DNA of 64,000 nt from a virus (taxonomy: Duplodnaviria > Heunggongvirae > Uroviricota > Caudoviricetes): positions 38,641 to 102,640 of IMG/VR virus record IMGVR_UViG_3300024308_000004. One strand, written 5' to 3'. Shown one piece after another: positions 52,778-63,320 of the stretch. Position numbers and translations under genes: made by a program. Under the pieces are notes generated by a model. It saw only the letters and a list, made by a program, of their open reading frames with translations, was not told where the DNA came from and ran no database searches. Position 1 is the first letter of the stretch; the number at the start of each line of letters is the position of its first letter.

Positions 52778-53455
52778 ATGAACGCTGCAACCAAGTCCCG
52801 CTCTGATGAAGTCCTCGCCAACGAACTCGCTGGCGCAACCGGTACCGGTGAAGAACTGCCGAAGAAGACGACCCTCGCCGAAGAACTGGCCCGCACTGGC
52901 GAGACCATCGCTGATCTGACCAGCGGCAAGAAAACCACGAAGCGCGCAGCCAAGGTCAAGAACGACGGCGAGGCTCCGACGACCACGACCCCGCGTCCGC
53001 GCATCATCCCGGGTTCGACCCCGAGCCAGGTGCTGGCCCAGCACATCAACGACACCGAAAAGCTGAACGCCGCGTGCGTGTTGGAAGTCGGTGATGAACC
53101 CTCGGACGCCAACACTGTCGCCGTCGGTGGCATGATGGACAAGCTCGCCAAGAAGATTGGCGAGAAGGCAGTCAACATGTTGCGCAACCGCGACAACATC
53201 GGCAACCTCCAGGTCTACACCCGCATCGGCATCGAGCGCCTCGTCAAGGCCGGCACGATGACCTCCAAGGATCTCACCGATCACTACCACTCGGGCGCTG
53301 GTGGCAAGACGTACTCGATCGGTACGGCCCGCGCGCAGTGCAACCAGCTGATGACTCTGTTGCCGGCCATGAAGATCGCCACCGAGACCTCGAAGGGCAA
53401 CCTCGAAATCAACCCGAAGTCGGCCATCCTGGCGTCGCTGAACCTGGTCAAGTAA
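52778..53455 (+). CDS. Hypothetical protein (Ala/Thr/Lys-rich N-terminal half)
   Basis: ATG at 52778 within ORF 52715-53455. Followed by two terminator hairpins. Confidence 0.5.
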   Translation: MNAATKSRSDEVLANELAGATGTGEELPKKTTLAEELARTGETIADLTSGKKTTKRAAKVKNDGEAPTTTTPRPRIIPGSTPSQVLAQHINDTEKLNAACVLEVGDEPSDANTVAVGGMMDKLAKKIGEKAVNMLRNRDNIGNLQVYTRIGIERLVKAGTMTSKDLTDHYHSGAGGKTYSIGTARAQCNQLMTLLPAMKIATETSKGNLEINPKSAILASLNLVK

Positions 53456-53533
53456 GTGCAACATGGGCCTGCGACTGAGCCTTCGTACAGAGGGCTCAGT
53501 CTCGGCAAACCCAAGACCCCTTCCACATTGGGT

Positions 53534-53567
53534 ACGCCCTACAAGTTCTGCTTGTAGGGCGTTTTTG
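53534..53567 (+). terminator. Rho-independent terminator
   Basis: ACGCCCTACAAG-ttctg-CTTGTAGGGCGT followed by TTTTTGT. Confidence 0.7.
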
Positions 53568-53827
53568 TATGCGTGACAATGAATCATCAAAGGACGCTTA
53601 CAAAGGAACGAACATGTCATACACGGTCAAAATCTCGGAAGAACAGCGGAAGATCATCGCAGCGGCACTGATCGTTATGATCGGTACGCGCGTAGGTGAA
53701 GATGACTACGAGGAATCTCTGGTCCGGGAAGAAACGCAAGCCATGATCGATATGTTGGAAGAGTTGCCGCAGATCGAAGCGGCAAACCCGGGTATTCTGC
53801 ACGGCTTCGCACTCTAAGGAAACCATC

Positions 53828-54148
53828 ATGCACACTCTCGATCCCCACTTGGAACACATCATCGCCACTGCCAAAGAGAAGCTGCAAGACCAGCTTATCT
53901 ACCTTGAGGATACCCTCAAGAAAAGTGGCGACGTGCGTACCACTCCGATCTATGGCTTGATCTTCTTCATCTCCGGCACGTCGCTGCATTATTCGGGTGA
54001 TCCGAACGGATTTCTGCCCGTTGACAGCGATTCCGAAATCAACGCCGTAACATTGTTGCGTGGGTCGGGCTTCGACTCGGTCGAACGTAACAACCTCGCC
54101 AATGAAATCATGGATTGGTTCAACAATCCCACCTTCCAGCACAAGTAA
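53828..54148 (+). CDS. Hypothetical protein
   Basis: 106-aa ORF. Confidence 0.4.
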   Translation: MHTLDPHLEHIIATAKEKLQDQLIYLEDTLKKSGDVRTTPIYGLIFFISGTSLHYSGDPNGFLPVDSDSEINAVTLLRGSGFDSVERNNLANEIMDWFNNPTFQHK

Positions 54149-54337
54149 CCGGAAGCCATCACAATGTCCCATAAAATCGTCACCATCAGTGTTGAGGTTC
54201 GCGTCGCCGACATGGACGATGCAAACATGATTACCGAATCCCTGCGCGAGTTCGCCCAGGATGCTATGGATTGGTGCAAGATCGATCCCCAGCCGAAGGC
54301 AGAAATCACTGCCGTCACCGACGTGGAGGAATAAGCC

Positions 54338-54691
54338 ATGCGTATCGATACCAACATGCTCGCGGGTGTCACTGACAAGGACACCATCATGAAGATGCTT
54401 CTGCGCCCCAACGTGTCGCACACCCATACGTGGTTGAACATCAACGGCGACCACAAGGTGCTGATTGTCCGGGTCGATATGCTCGACGCCAAAGAGCAGA
54501 ATTACCTGATCGAAATCTGGCGCATCAACGCAGAAAACCCGAACATTGGCTTCCAGCATTTCGATCGCCATGCGGGTATGCCTTTCGATGACCTTATCCA
54601 CACGCCGATCAACGGCTGGCTGTATCCGGACCGTGCAGCGATGATGGCTGACCTGATGCAGTTCATCGACGCCAACGTACACAGCAGCTAA
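54338..54691 (+). CDS. Hypothetical protein
   Basis: 117-aa ORF. Confidence 0.4.
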   Translation: MRIDTNMLAGVTDKDTIMKMLLRPNVSHTHTWLNINGDHKVLIVRVDMLDAKEQNYLIEIWRINAENPNIGFQHFDRHAGMPFDDLIHTPINGWLYPDRAAMMADLMQFIDANVHSS

Positions 54692-55096
54692 CCCACGCGC
54701 GCCGCGTGTCTGAGTGCTACGCTGATAGCTCAGACACGCGCGCAGCGCTCACAACGTCATACAGAGCGTCCCATGAGCACTACCATCAAGAAGATAAACG
54801 CTGCTTTGAAGCGTGATGGCTACAAAGGCGAAATCGTGCGTGGTGATGGTTATCACTACTTCGTGGGTGATGATTTCGACCATGCCTTTTCTTCGTCGGT
54901 TTGTGTGCCCTATACCAACAGCCTCAGCATCGAACGATGGCTGTGGTGGGCCCAAGTGGTTCGCACCGAGTCACACGAACGCCGTGATTTCAACGCCGAG
55001 CAAGTGCAGGCTGCGACCTACATTCATTGATTGTAGGGACTTCGTGCCGGACTTAATCTATACGTACTGAAAGTCCATCACGCAAGGAATTTACAC

Positions 55097-55441
55097 ATGA
55101 ACACCATTCAACTCGATCACCTTGGCATCGAACTCGACGCATGGTGCATGTTGCAGGGTCTTGAGCCGCAGGACGTTGCTGAAATGTTGGAAGATGGAAA
55201 TCTGACCGACTATCAGCTGGCATGGCTGAAAGACTTCGCCAATCGTTGGTGCTGGTTGGAAGACGGTAAGTTCTGGATTTCGGGTCGCTTGCGCCACCCG
55301 GATTCTTTCACCGAACAGACGACCTGGTACAGGTCCCAGCAGTTTGAAACCCTCGTTACTGAGTGGGGTAAGCCCGTCATCCCGGAAGGCTACGAAGCTG
55401 CCCGTGTGGAGATGGTGAACGCTACTCATTGGGTTCTGTGA
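55097..55441 (+). CDS. Hypothetical Trp-rich protein
   Basis: 114-aa ORF. Confidence 0.4.
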   Translation: MNTIQLDHLGIELDAWCMLQGLEPQDVAEMLEDGNLTDYQLAWLKDFANRWCWLEDGKFWISGRLRHPDSFTEQTTWYRSQQFETLVTEWGKPVIPEGYEAARVEMVNATHWVL

Positions 55442-55767
55442 TGGATATCACCTACATGGAACATTTGGCGCTGCTGAATGCCTATCTGACTGTAGGCAGC
55501 GAACTGAACGACCCGCCGTCGTTCAATCCTTCGGGCAGTATGTTGCTGCCCGATCCCCGCAATGAGCCGTATCGTGAACTGCTTGTCACGATGCGTACCG
55601 AGGAGCGTTCGCATGGTTGAGATTTTGTTTTCCCTCATCCTGATCGTAAACGGTCACACCTACGTGGTGGACTACGATATGACGGCAAGTGATTGCTTGG
55701 CTGCGATCACCGAACGTTATGAAGCCGGACTCAGCCCCGAGTACATGCGTTGTGAGGCGCAACCGAA

Positions 55768-56130
55768 ATGAACCCGATCAACAACGATTGTCTGGTGTCG
55801 CACACCTTCGATGACAGTCGCACCATCGCGGTGTTTGACAATGGTGATTGTTTTACGGTCACCAAAATGTTCCCTGCTGGTGGAGCCGCGTGCTTTGTCG
55901 TTGAAGACGGCAGCGTGCAGGGTCCCGAACGTGAGTTCGTGGTGACGGTCAACTTTGATTTCTACGGCGACCGCATCGAACACGAAAACCCGGCAGAAGT
56001 CACTGGTATCGCCAGTGAGTTCGTGTCGGTGAATTATCTCGATTCGCATTACCTCAACCAGTACGTGGCTGATCGTAAGGCGAATCTCATTACCACCTGC
56101 GCACTCCATGAGGCACACCACAATGTTTGA
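55768..56130 (+). CDS. Hypothetical protein
   Basis: 120-aa ORF. Confidence 0.4.
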   Translation: MNPINNDCLVSHTFDDSRTIAVFDNGDCFTVTKMFPAGGAACFVVEDGSVQGPEREFVVTVNFDFYGDRIEHENPAEVTGIASEFVSVNYLDSHYLNQYVADRKANLITTCALHEAHHNV

Positions 56131-56395
56131 CCCCATCAAGCGCAACGACGCCAACAATCGTCCGCTGTCCATCAACGGTGGCCTGGCAGCGATGACCCCG
56201 CGTGCGACTTCGCCACGTATCACCAACATGCAAGACCGGGTCACCGATCTGATCGCTGACACCAACGCTGCGCTGGCTGATCTGCCGTCGTATGCGCCGG
56301 AACGTGTAGCGCTGACCACGGCCCGTGTCGCGTTGATGCAGGCTCAGCGTGAATTGACCACGCTGTAAGCTCGCGCCACGCGCAACCCACGATAT

Positions 56396-56429
56396 AACGC
56401 TGCAAGTCTGTACGATTGCAGCGTTTTTT
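56396..56429 (+). terminator. Rho-independent terminator
   Basis: AACGCTGCAA-gtctgtacga-TTGCAGCGTT followed by TTTTAT. Confidence 0.65.
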
Positions 56430-56452
56430 ATTGGCTATTGAGGGTTGAGCGC

Positions 56453-57139
56453 ATGACAGAAGAGGAATTAGAAGCCACAGCGCTCGCTACGATGCGAGCA
56501 GTAATTGAAGCCGACAAAGAATTGACGGCCATCGCCGCGTTGGAAACCAAGATCACTACCTTGGAAGCGAGAATACCGCCGGGTGTGATGGCAACGCCGG
56601 CTCCATCGCGCTTTATGGAAACGACATTTGCAGATGGTTCTTGGGAAGTCAAAGATTTAGATGGCGTAACCCGTGTACGCTTTGGCGTGTGGGGAGAAAC
56701 CCAAGAAATACCGGCTGATAATGATTCAACACAACAGGCACTCACAATGGATTTCAACAACACCGACATTCTGAAACAGCGGTTATTCCGCGACAAGGCG
56801 ATCATCGCCATGCACGTATTGCGGGTGACGAAGCCGCAAGGTGATAAGGGTAAAGGTATCGGCCCGAATCGTGAAGATCACCCCCTGTTCCGCGAAGTGG
56901 TGCATATGTGGATGCAGGGCGCTGAAATCACTGGTGAGAATCTCGACAAGGTCGAACAAGCCCGTGAACGCGTCACCAAGTACGCCAAGCAACTGCGCAA
57001 TAGCATTTACTTGGGTCCGATTGTCAATCCGGATTACAAACGGGCAGAAATGTTGGAATCGGTCCAACATGCCTACAAAGAACAAGCCGAGGCTGAACTT
57101 GCCCAGGCTCTGAGGGAGGAAACGTATGGCGGCTGGTAA
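56453..57139 (+). CDS. Hypothetical protein
   Basis: ATG at 56453 within ORF 56438-57139. Confidence 0.45.
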   Translation: MTEEELEATALATMRAVIEADKELTAIAALETKITTLEARIPPGVMATPAPSRFMETTFADGSWEVKDLDGVTRVRFGVWGETQEIPADNDSTQQALTMDFNNTDILKQRLFRDKAIIAMHVLRVTKPQGDKGKGIGPNREDHPLFREVVHMWMQGAEITGENLDKVEQARERVTKYAKQLRNSIYLGPIVNPDYKRAEMLESVQHAYKEQAEAELAQALREETYGGW

Positions 57140-57914
57140 TATCACCGAACAGGTAGCGATCATCGGCAAAATTGCAGCCGAAGGAGACCTTCTTGGTGTG
57201 GAAGAAGCTCGCGGTCAGATGATCCGAACATTGGTGTTGTCTGATCCGCTGTCCTCGGTCCGTGTCGCAGCAGGTGAAGTGGCAGGTCGGATTGGCGTGT
57301 TGGCAGCATATCTGCCACCGGAACTCGGCAATGAAGCCCTGCGGTTGTTCGACGCAACCCATCCGATCTTCGGCAGGGTCATCCCCGACGACCTGGAGTC
57401 GGCACTTACTACTGGCAAGCAGCTGGGCAAGCAATTTGCCCTGAAAAAGCAAATCGAGGCTGAAAACGCCAAGAAGCTCAAACAGGCTGCTGAACTCGGC
57501 GTAGTTCTCCCCGACGGTGAAGAAGAAGTCACCTCGGACCAGGCAGCCAGGATCCTGAATGCCACACGCAAGAAGCGTGCGGAATCCGGTGATGCAATGG
57601 CTGTCAAGGAAATGGAAGAACTCAAGGATTGGGAAACCGAACGCGCAGCCCGTGTCCGAGCCGAAGAACTCGCAGCCATGTCTGATCCTGCCGAGGAAGA
57701 AGAGGAAGAAGACGACGAGGGAGAATACGAGGATTGCCCCGAATGTGGCGAAGATTACTACCTCAAGGCTGAAGGTTGTCACGGCTGTGGTTACAGGACC
57801 CCTGAGGTTGCAAGCGCAGAAGAAGCCGCACGCAAAAAGGAAGCTGCTGCCCATGACGCCGCAATCGCAGCCGCTCGCGCAGCACCCAAGGTTGACTACG
57901 ATTCCCCGTTCTAA
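57126..57914 (+). CDS. Hypothetical protein with helical-repeat N-terminus and C-terminal zinc ribbon
   Basis: CPECGEDYYLKAEGCHGCGY. Glu-rich acidic stretch EEEEEDDEGEYED. Confidence 0.45.
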   Translation: MAAGNITEQVAIIGKIAAEGDLLGVEEARGQMIRTLVLSDPLSSVRVAAGEVAGRIGVLAAYLPPELGNEALRLFDATHPIFGRVIPDDLESALTTGKQLGKQFALKKQIEAENAKKLKQAAELGVVLPDGEEEVTSDQAARILNATRKKRAESGDAMAVKEMEELKDWETERAARVRAEELAAMSDPAEEEEEEDDEGEYEDCPECGEDYYLKAEGCHGCGYRTPEVASAEEAARKKEAAAHDAAIAAARAAPKVDYDSPF

Positions 57915-59376
57915 GTCCTATACTTAGAACTTTGACCCGACATGACCCTCTTGTATGATTGACTTACACACAGTCATCACGCAAGAGGGTTTTTGGTATG
58001 TCGATTTACATCCTCGTGGACGCCCAACGCAACGTGGCCTTCAATGGCATTCGGGGTTTGCGTACTGCGGAAGGCAAGATCATCGACCATGTGTATGACT
58101 GGTCCGATCTTGACAACGCCGCAATCCAGTCCGTCATGATGGACCAGGAAAACGCCGAGCGTTTCCAGCAAATGCTGGCTAACAGTGGTTACAACACCGA
58201 GGTCGTCAAAATGTCCCAGGACTCAAAACTTTCGGTGCTGTGGATTATTCCGGGTGCAATGATCGTCGGTGCGTTCGTCGCAATGGTTTTCAACTGATGC
58301 GTACCTGGCGTGGATACTTCAATGGCCGTGATTGCTTGGCTATCCTCGCAATCATTGTATTGGCTCTGATCTGGATAGGAGTAATGCCATGACCCGTATC
58401 ATTGACTTGACCAACGACGGCAAGCGTATTGACCCGGCTGGCTGTGGTTGTACCGATTGTATCGTCGGTGATTCCACGCCCGCAGATCGTATCCCGAATC
58501 CACAACCAGGCGACGTGATCTTGGTTGGATACACGCGCCCCATGGATATCGCAGCCATCACGGTTGAACGCACTGGTGGCTGGGTGATGCGAAAAGATGA
58601 TCGCTACAACCTGCCGGTGTATATGCGGTACGAAGACTTGCACCCGTATGTTATTGGCAAACTCCAGGGGAAATACGAATGACCCGTGAAGAATTTGAAA
58701 GGCAATTGATCCGCGTTGCCGAAATCCAGCGTGAACATGGTTGGTCGGAAGAATCCATTCAAATGTACGCCGACGAACAGCGTCATTTCGCCACTGATGC
58801 CACCCTGGCTTGCACCGTGATGATCGGTGCGGGATTGGCCCAAGATAATACACGTTATGGAGTAACCACATGATACCCGAAGATTTTGAGCGTATGTCGG
58901 AAAAGGATCGGTATATCTACGTCACCATGTATGATTTCCCGGAGGAAATGTTCTTGAAGCACGCCTGTAAGCAGCCGCTTTTAATCATTGGCATTATGTC
59001 CGCGATCTACAATATCGGACAACTCCCCGAATACAAGGCAGGAGCCTAGCACTATGTTTGTTACCAAGGGTAAGTATCGTGCATTGCAGCAAGCCGCGAT
59101 TTCACTCGGCGTGGAAGCTATGACGACCCGTATGCAGTTGGACCGCATGACTGAAAATTGGCAAGAAGCCAATGATGAAATCAAGCGGTTGTTGATCGCT
59201 AACCAGGAAATGCACGAAACCTTGCTACGCACCCAGCGTAACAACCCCTCCGCACTCACGACACCGGGATTCACGCGTGCGCACCTGCAATACATCCGTA
59301 GGCAGTGTCATCCGGATCGTAACCAGGATTCTGTTACTGCCACTGAAATCACCCAGATTTGCAACCGGGAATTGTC

Positions 59377-59610
59377 ATGACCGAGTGTCCTCATTGCCGT
59401 AAGCATTATGATGCCCATACCAAAATTTCACCCCAGAAAAACACATGGGTGCAAATCGTCTTGGCTTTCATCATCGTTGTCATCGCCGGGACTATTGCCG
59501 GTATCGGTGCAGCATCGTTGGCAATCAGTGTGATCCAAGGTAAGCCGCAAGTGCATTATCCTGGGGAATCACTCCCCGAAATCATCGACAACCACGAGAC
59601 AAAACCATGA
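59377..59610 (+). CDS. Small membrane protein with N-terminal CxxC
   Basis: MTECPHCRKHY then the TM helix WVQIVLAFIIVVIAGTIAGIGAASLAISVI. Confidence 0.35.
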   Translation: MTECPHCRKHYDAHTKISPQKNTWVQIVLAFIIVVIAGTIAGIGAASLAISVIQGKPQVHYPGESLPEIIDNHETKP

Positions 59611-60032
59611 GCGAAACCACCACACCCACCATGTACGCACGCGTCACGGCATATAAGAACATCCTGGTCATCGAATGGCTGACGGAAACATCCGATGACA
59701 ACGTGGTCACGCCGTATGATAAACCCGGTAATCTCGGGTATGTCTGCAACGACACCAATCTGATCGGTGTCAGTGACGAGGCTTACCAGATCCTCAAGAA
59801 TCAGATCAAGCGCAGTAGTGACGCCATCGGTGAAATCGATGCTTTCCGTTGCGATGATGGCCGGTACGCCTTCGCAACACTGGGTGGTAAGTACAGCCTG
59901 GTGGATCCGAAACACGCCGCAGGTAGTAGGACCTACGAATGCCCGGATCGTGGATCCTTCCAGGTCATTGACAACGAATCGCCCCAAGGCGCGCGTGAAG
60001 CAATCGACGCCGAAGTCCCGGACGAAGCATAA
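59607..60032 (+). CDS. Hypothetical protein
   Basis: 141-aa ORF followed by terminator ACCCGG-cctaaaaca-CCGGGT plus TTT (60047-60080). Confidence 0.4.
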   Translation: MSETTTPTMYARVTAYKNILVIEWLTETSDDNVVTPYDKPGNLGYVCNDTNLIGVSDEAYQILKNQIKRSSDAIGEIDAFRCDDGRYAFATLGGKYSLVDPKHAAGSRTYECPDRGSFQVIDNESPQGAREAIDAEVPDEA

Positions 60033-60746
60033 CCGGCAAGCCACAAGTAAACACCGACCCGGCCTAAAACACCGGGTTTTATGTTCCACGTGAAACACCA
60101 CCCCAAACCACATAAAAATCAAGATCATACACACCAAACCCGCCCCAGGTATAAAGTACAACCCTAAACCCGCGTGAAACACATGGCGTGGAACATTTTC
60201 CGCAAAAAGACATATACCGTATGTAGCAGAAACCTAAATACGAAATCCCGGATCAGACTCAAAAATTTTCCCCTATATACATACAGGATCATAGGTAAGA
60301 GCAAATTTTCAAGCCAGAAAAACAAGACATATCAGTAATCACGTACATATCGAACCATGAAAACCATGTGTAGTAGACATAGCGAAATTCCTTAGGGAGG
60401 TATGATTCCGGTATGTACGTGTGTACCTAGAGAGGGAAGAATCATATAGGGGTGAAGTTCCGGTGTGTATGTATAGGTGTAGTGTAGAAAGAAAAACCTT
60501 GCCGTGGCCTATAAGGAGTGTACCGTGTCCTGACCATAAGGCGGCATGGCAAAGTAAGGTAAGGCCAGGAACCCGTCCCCACGCCACCCCGCCCCAACCC
60601 ACACCAATCCTAGCCACCTGCACGGTAAGGCATGGCATGGGCCTATTAGGTAAGCCGTGAAACAAATCCCAGCCCAGCGTGAAAAATCCCTCTCCGGCCC
60701 AGTATATAATCTGTTTGTCAGCTTTTAACACACCAAGGAAAACAAC
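60033..60746. other. 714-nt noncoding A/C-rich region with multiple short direct repeats (candidate origin or regulatory hub)
   Basis: CGTGAAACA x3-4, TTCCGGTRTGTAYGT x2 (60402-60472), ATAAGG x5, GGCATGG x3, C-rich tracts CCCACGCCACCCCGCCCCAACCCACACC. No ORF of 60 aa or more with an RBS. Confidence 0.5.
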
Positions 60747-61085
60747 ATGACTGAAACCGTACTGGAATCATACGACCCCGTAACCCTGCTGGAACTCCAG
60801 GCAGCTTTCGGGATGCTGATTCAAAATAACCCCTCTCTGGTACAACTTGTCAACGCCACCGCACCGGTACTCTTTGCCACCATGCTTTTCAGTGCCAGTT
60901 CTGATTACCGGGTCACTGAAGACGGTGAAGGCGTCGAAGCCCAGCTTAACGCCATGGAAGCACTTGAAGTCGCCCGGGGTCACCTGGAATCGGTCGCTCA
61001 GGCTTTCGGTATTGCAGAAGGTAGCATTGCCGTGGAACCCAGTGATAGTGAGATTGACCAGGATACAGAAATCAACCCGGTGTAA
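60747..61085 (+). CDS. Hypothetical acidic protein
   Basis: ORF followed by terminator AACCCGGT-gtaa-ACCGGGTT plus TTTTTT (61073-61097). Confidence 0.4.
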   Translation: MTETVLESYDPVTLLELQAAFGMLIQNNPSLVQLVNATAPVLFATMLFSASSDYRVTEDGEGVEAQLNAMEALEVARGHLESVAQAFGIAEGSIAVEPSDSEIDQDTEINPV

Positions 61086-61182
61086 ACCGGGTTTTTTGTT
61101 CTAGGGTATGTCTAGCTCCATTTCATCCCTTATGTAATATACATACGTGCAACAAGCACACATCACTCACAAGGAGGACCTC

Positions 61183-62181
61183 GTGTCCCAGAGCAACAAA
61201 ATCCGTCTGATCGCTCCGACCATGACCCACGACACCTCGGGCCCGCTGGAAGTCGAGTCGGACTGGAATCCCACCAAGATCGCCAAGGTCCTGGCCAGCC
61301 TGCTGGTTGCGGGTTTCCGTGAAGGTAGCATCGCCGACTCGGACCTGTCCAACATCATCGATGAACTGGACGGCGTGGGCGAAGCGCTCGGCGCCAAGCT
61401 CAACCTGGATGCACGCTACACCGAGTCCACCTCGGAAGCCGCTCGCAAGATCCCCGGCATCCTGGGCCTGCTGTATATCAGCAACATCACCCAGGGTCTG
61501 GCGTTCGGCAAGATGACCCGTGACCCGGCAGTTGCACTGGCGCTGTATCAGACCTGGGCCGAAGCGCACGTCGAACTCACCAGTCAGGATCAGCTGGATA
61601 CCAACGCCACTGCCCGTCTGCTGGAACTGACCGGCTCGAACGACGAAGGCGAGTACCCCGAAGAACTCGTCGCCGAGTACGTCGAGAACTTCAACGAAGC
61701 CGGGTGCGTTTGTGGCAAGGAGCATCCCCGTGCCGGTCAGCTGACCAAGGCCACCGTGCAGGACCTGTCGGGCGAAGCACTTCTGGAGACCATTCCGGAA
61801 GAAGTGCGCCCGCTGCTGGGAATGCTGTCGCTGACCACGGGCAAGTCGGAAATCGAAATCACCGAGGCCCTGCGTGATGCGTTCCTGGCTGGTGAAGACC
61901 CCGGTGTGGCCATGCAGCGTCTGGTCGTGGAATCCCTGGGCGGCAAGGTCACCAAGACCTCGGCACCGAAGGCCCGCGTCACGGATGTGGGCACGGTGGA
62001 AGTCGATACCACCCAGGACGTCGTGGAACAGCTCTACCAGCAGACCGTGCAGAACATGCCGGGCCTGCGTCCGGACCAGTACCAGGCGATTCGTGACCAG
62101 CTGGAAGAACAGCGCGCCGAAATCGTCGCAGCCGGTCGTACTGGTGGCGTCCACGCCCTGCGTGTGAAGCTGCCGAAGTAA
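61183..62181 (+). CDS. Hypothetical protein (333 aa)
   Basis: GTG start after an AAGGAGG RBS (in-frame ORF from 61147). Strong terminator follows. Confidence 0.5.
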   Translation: MSQSNKIRLIAPTMTHDTSGPLEVESDWNPTKIAKVLASLLVAGFREGSIADSDLSNIIDELDGVGEALGAKLNLDARYTESTSEAARKIPGILGLLYISNITQGLAFGKMTRDPAVALALYQTWAEAHVELTSQDQLDTNATARLLELTGSNDEGEYPEELVAEYVENFNEAGCVCGKEHPRAGQLTKATVQDLSGEALLETIPEEVRPLLGMLSLTTGKSEIEITEALRDAFLAGEDPGVAMQRLVVESLGGKVTKTSAPKARVTDVGTVEVDTTQDVVEQLYQQTVQNMPGLRPDQYQAIRDQLEEQRAEIVAAGRTGGVHALRVKLPK

Positions 62182-62195
62182 AGCGTGAGTGGTGG

Positions 62196-62236
62196 CCCGG
62201 TGTAGTAGGCGTAAAAACCTACTACACCGGGTTTTC
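62196..62236 (+). terminator. Rho-independent terminator with 14-bp stem
   Basis: CCCGGTGTAGTAGG-cgtaaaaa-CCTACTACACCGGG followed by TTTTCTTGTT. Confidence 0.75.
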
Positions 62237-62293
62237 TTGTTTAACGGGTTCGCTATAATGTAATTACGCAGTCACACAGCAGTAGAGGTGTAT

Positions 62294-62746
62294 ATGGAAC
62301 AAGAACCCGTGTATGTCATGTCCGACAAGCTCCGTGGTGTATGTGAAAAGGCACTAGGGCTGATTTACGATTACCGAAAAACTCGTTCACAGGAATACGT
62401 CGAGCAACGCACCCAGGCTTACAATCTGGGTATGGTGGAAAAGAACAAAGTGCGGTCGAAGTTTTCTTGGCTGGGCGTGAAACCCCGGGATTATCTGACG
62501 CCATTTGGTATGGAAGGAGTCATTCTTGAAGAAATGGGAGCGCTGTCAGAGCAAGAACTCCCAAATCACCCCATGTGTCAAATCAACAGCGCCTACCTGG
62601 AAATGGAGCATCAGTGCAAAGACGCCATGATTCAGTGCGCCATGAACGAATCGGTATTGGTGAGTTCTGATATGGCCCGGGGTATTAGCCATCTGGGAAT
62701 TCCGTTGGACTTCTGTCGTCGTAGGCCGATAGGTTTTACCCCGTAA
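62294..62746 (+). CDS. Hypothetical protein
   Basis: ATG at 62294 within ORF 62288-62746. CGCTATAATG promoter-like motif at 62251. Nested-hairpin terminator at 62768-62815. Confidence 0.4.
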   Translation: MEQEPVYVMSDKLRGVCEKALGLIYDYRKTRSQEYVEQRTQAYNLGMVEKNKVRSKFSWLGVKPRDYLTPFGMEGVILEEMGALSEQELPNHPMCQINSAYLEMEHQCKDAMIQCAMNESVLVSSDMARGISHLGIPLDFCRRRPIGFTP

Positions 62747-62817
62747 CATTAGGCTTGTAGGTCGCAAAAACCCTCGTTTACGCTGTATGTGTCATATACA
62801 GCAAGCGAGGGTTTTTA

Positions 62818-63060
62818 GTGGCCAAGAAATCGAAATCCATGGAAGCAATCCGCGCTTTAGCGGAAGCCAACAACCTCAAAATACTAGAGGTGTACCAAAA
62901 CAAACATATCCGCGTAAAGGTCGAACGACCAGATGGCACGCAAGGGACACTCACATACCCGGTATCCCCGCGTTGTCCCCGTACCGACAAGGCCCAAAAG
63001 ATGCAATGGCGACATTTTGCGTTAGGTATCAACCTAAAAGGTCAAACGCCAAAAGACTAG
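62818..63060 (+). CDS. Hypothetical small basic protein
   Basis: GTG start. Its stop codon TAG lies inside the AGACTAGTCT palindrome of element copy B. Confidence 0.35.
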   Translation: MAKKSKSMEAIRALAEANNLKILEVYQNKHIRVKVERPDGTQGTLTYPVSPRCPRTDKAQKMQWRHFALGINLKGQTPKD

Positions 63061-63109
63061 TCTCCCTAATCCCGGCCTCACACACCATCACGCACATAAG
63101 GGTTTAAAC
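63052..63109. repeat. Copy B of the ~60-nt conserved intergenic element
   Basis: AAAGACTAGTCTCCCTAATCCCGGCCT ... CATAAGGGTTTAAAC; 28 of the first 29 nt are identical to copy A, and the tail motif is shared. Confidence 0.55.
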
Positions 63110-63110
63110 C

Positions 63111-63320
63111 ATGGCTACTCACGTCAACCTCGTACCTGACAAAACTTACGCCAACATGGACACTTTGAATCGTGCCTTGGCAAAGTACCCCAGGGTCGCA
63201 GAAAACCCGGACCTCAGGTATCTGATCCTGACCACGCCTGAGGGTCGGCTGTATCCCGTGTTCCTCGGTGAAAAGGCAGTCCAAGCTGGTGTCCACTTCC
63301 TGTTCTGTGTAGCAGGGTAA
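63111..63320 (+). CDS. Hypothetical small protein
   Basis: 69-aa ORF immediately after element copy B. Confidence 0.35.
   Translation: MATHVNLVPDKTYANMDTLNRALAKYPRVAENPDLRYLILTTPEGRLYPVFLGEKAVQAGVHFLFCVAG

Noticed and set aside
60380-60480. Direct repeats in the 60-kb noncoding region considered as a CRISPR array
   Set aside because: Only two ~24-nt imperfect repeats with a single spacer-sized gap. No regular repeat-spacer periodicity and no cas genes.
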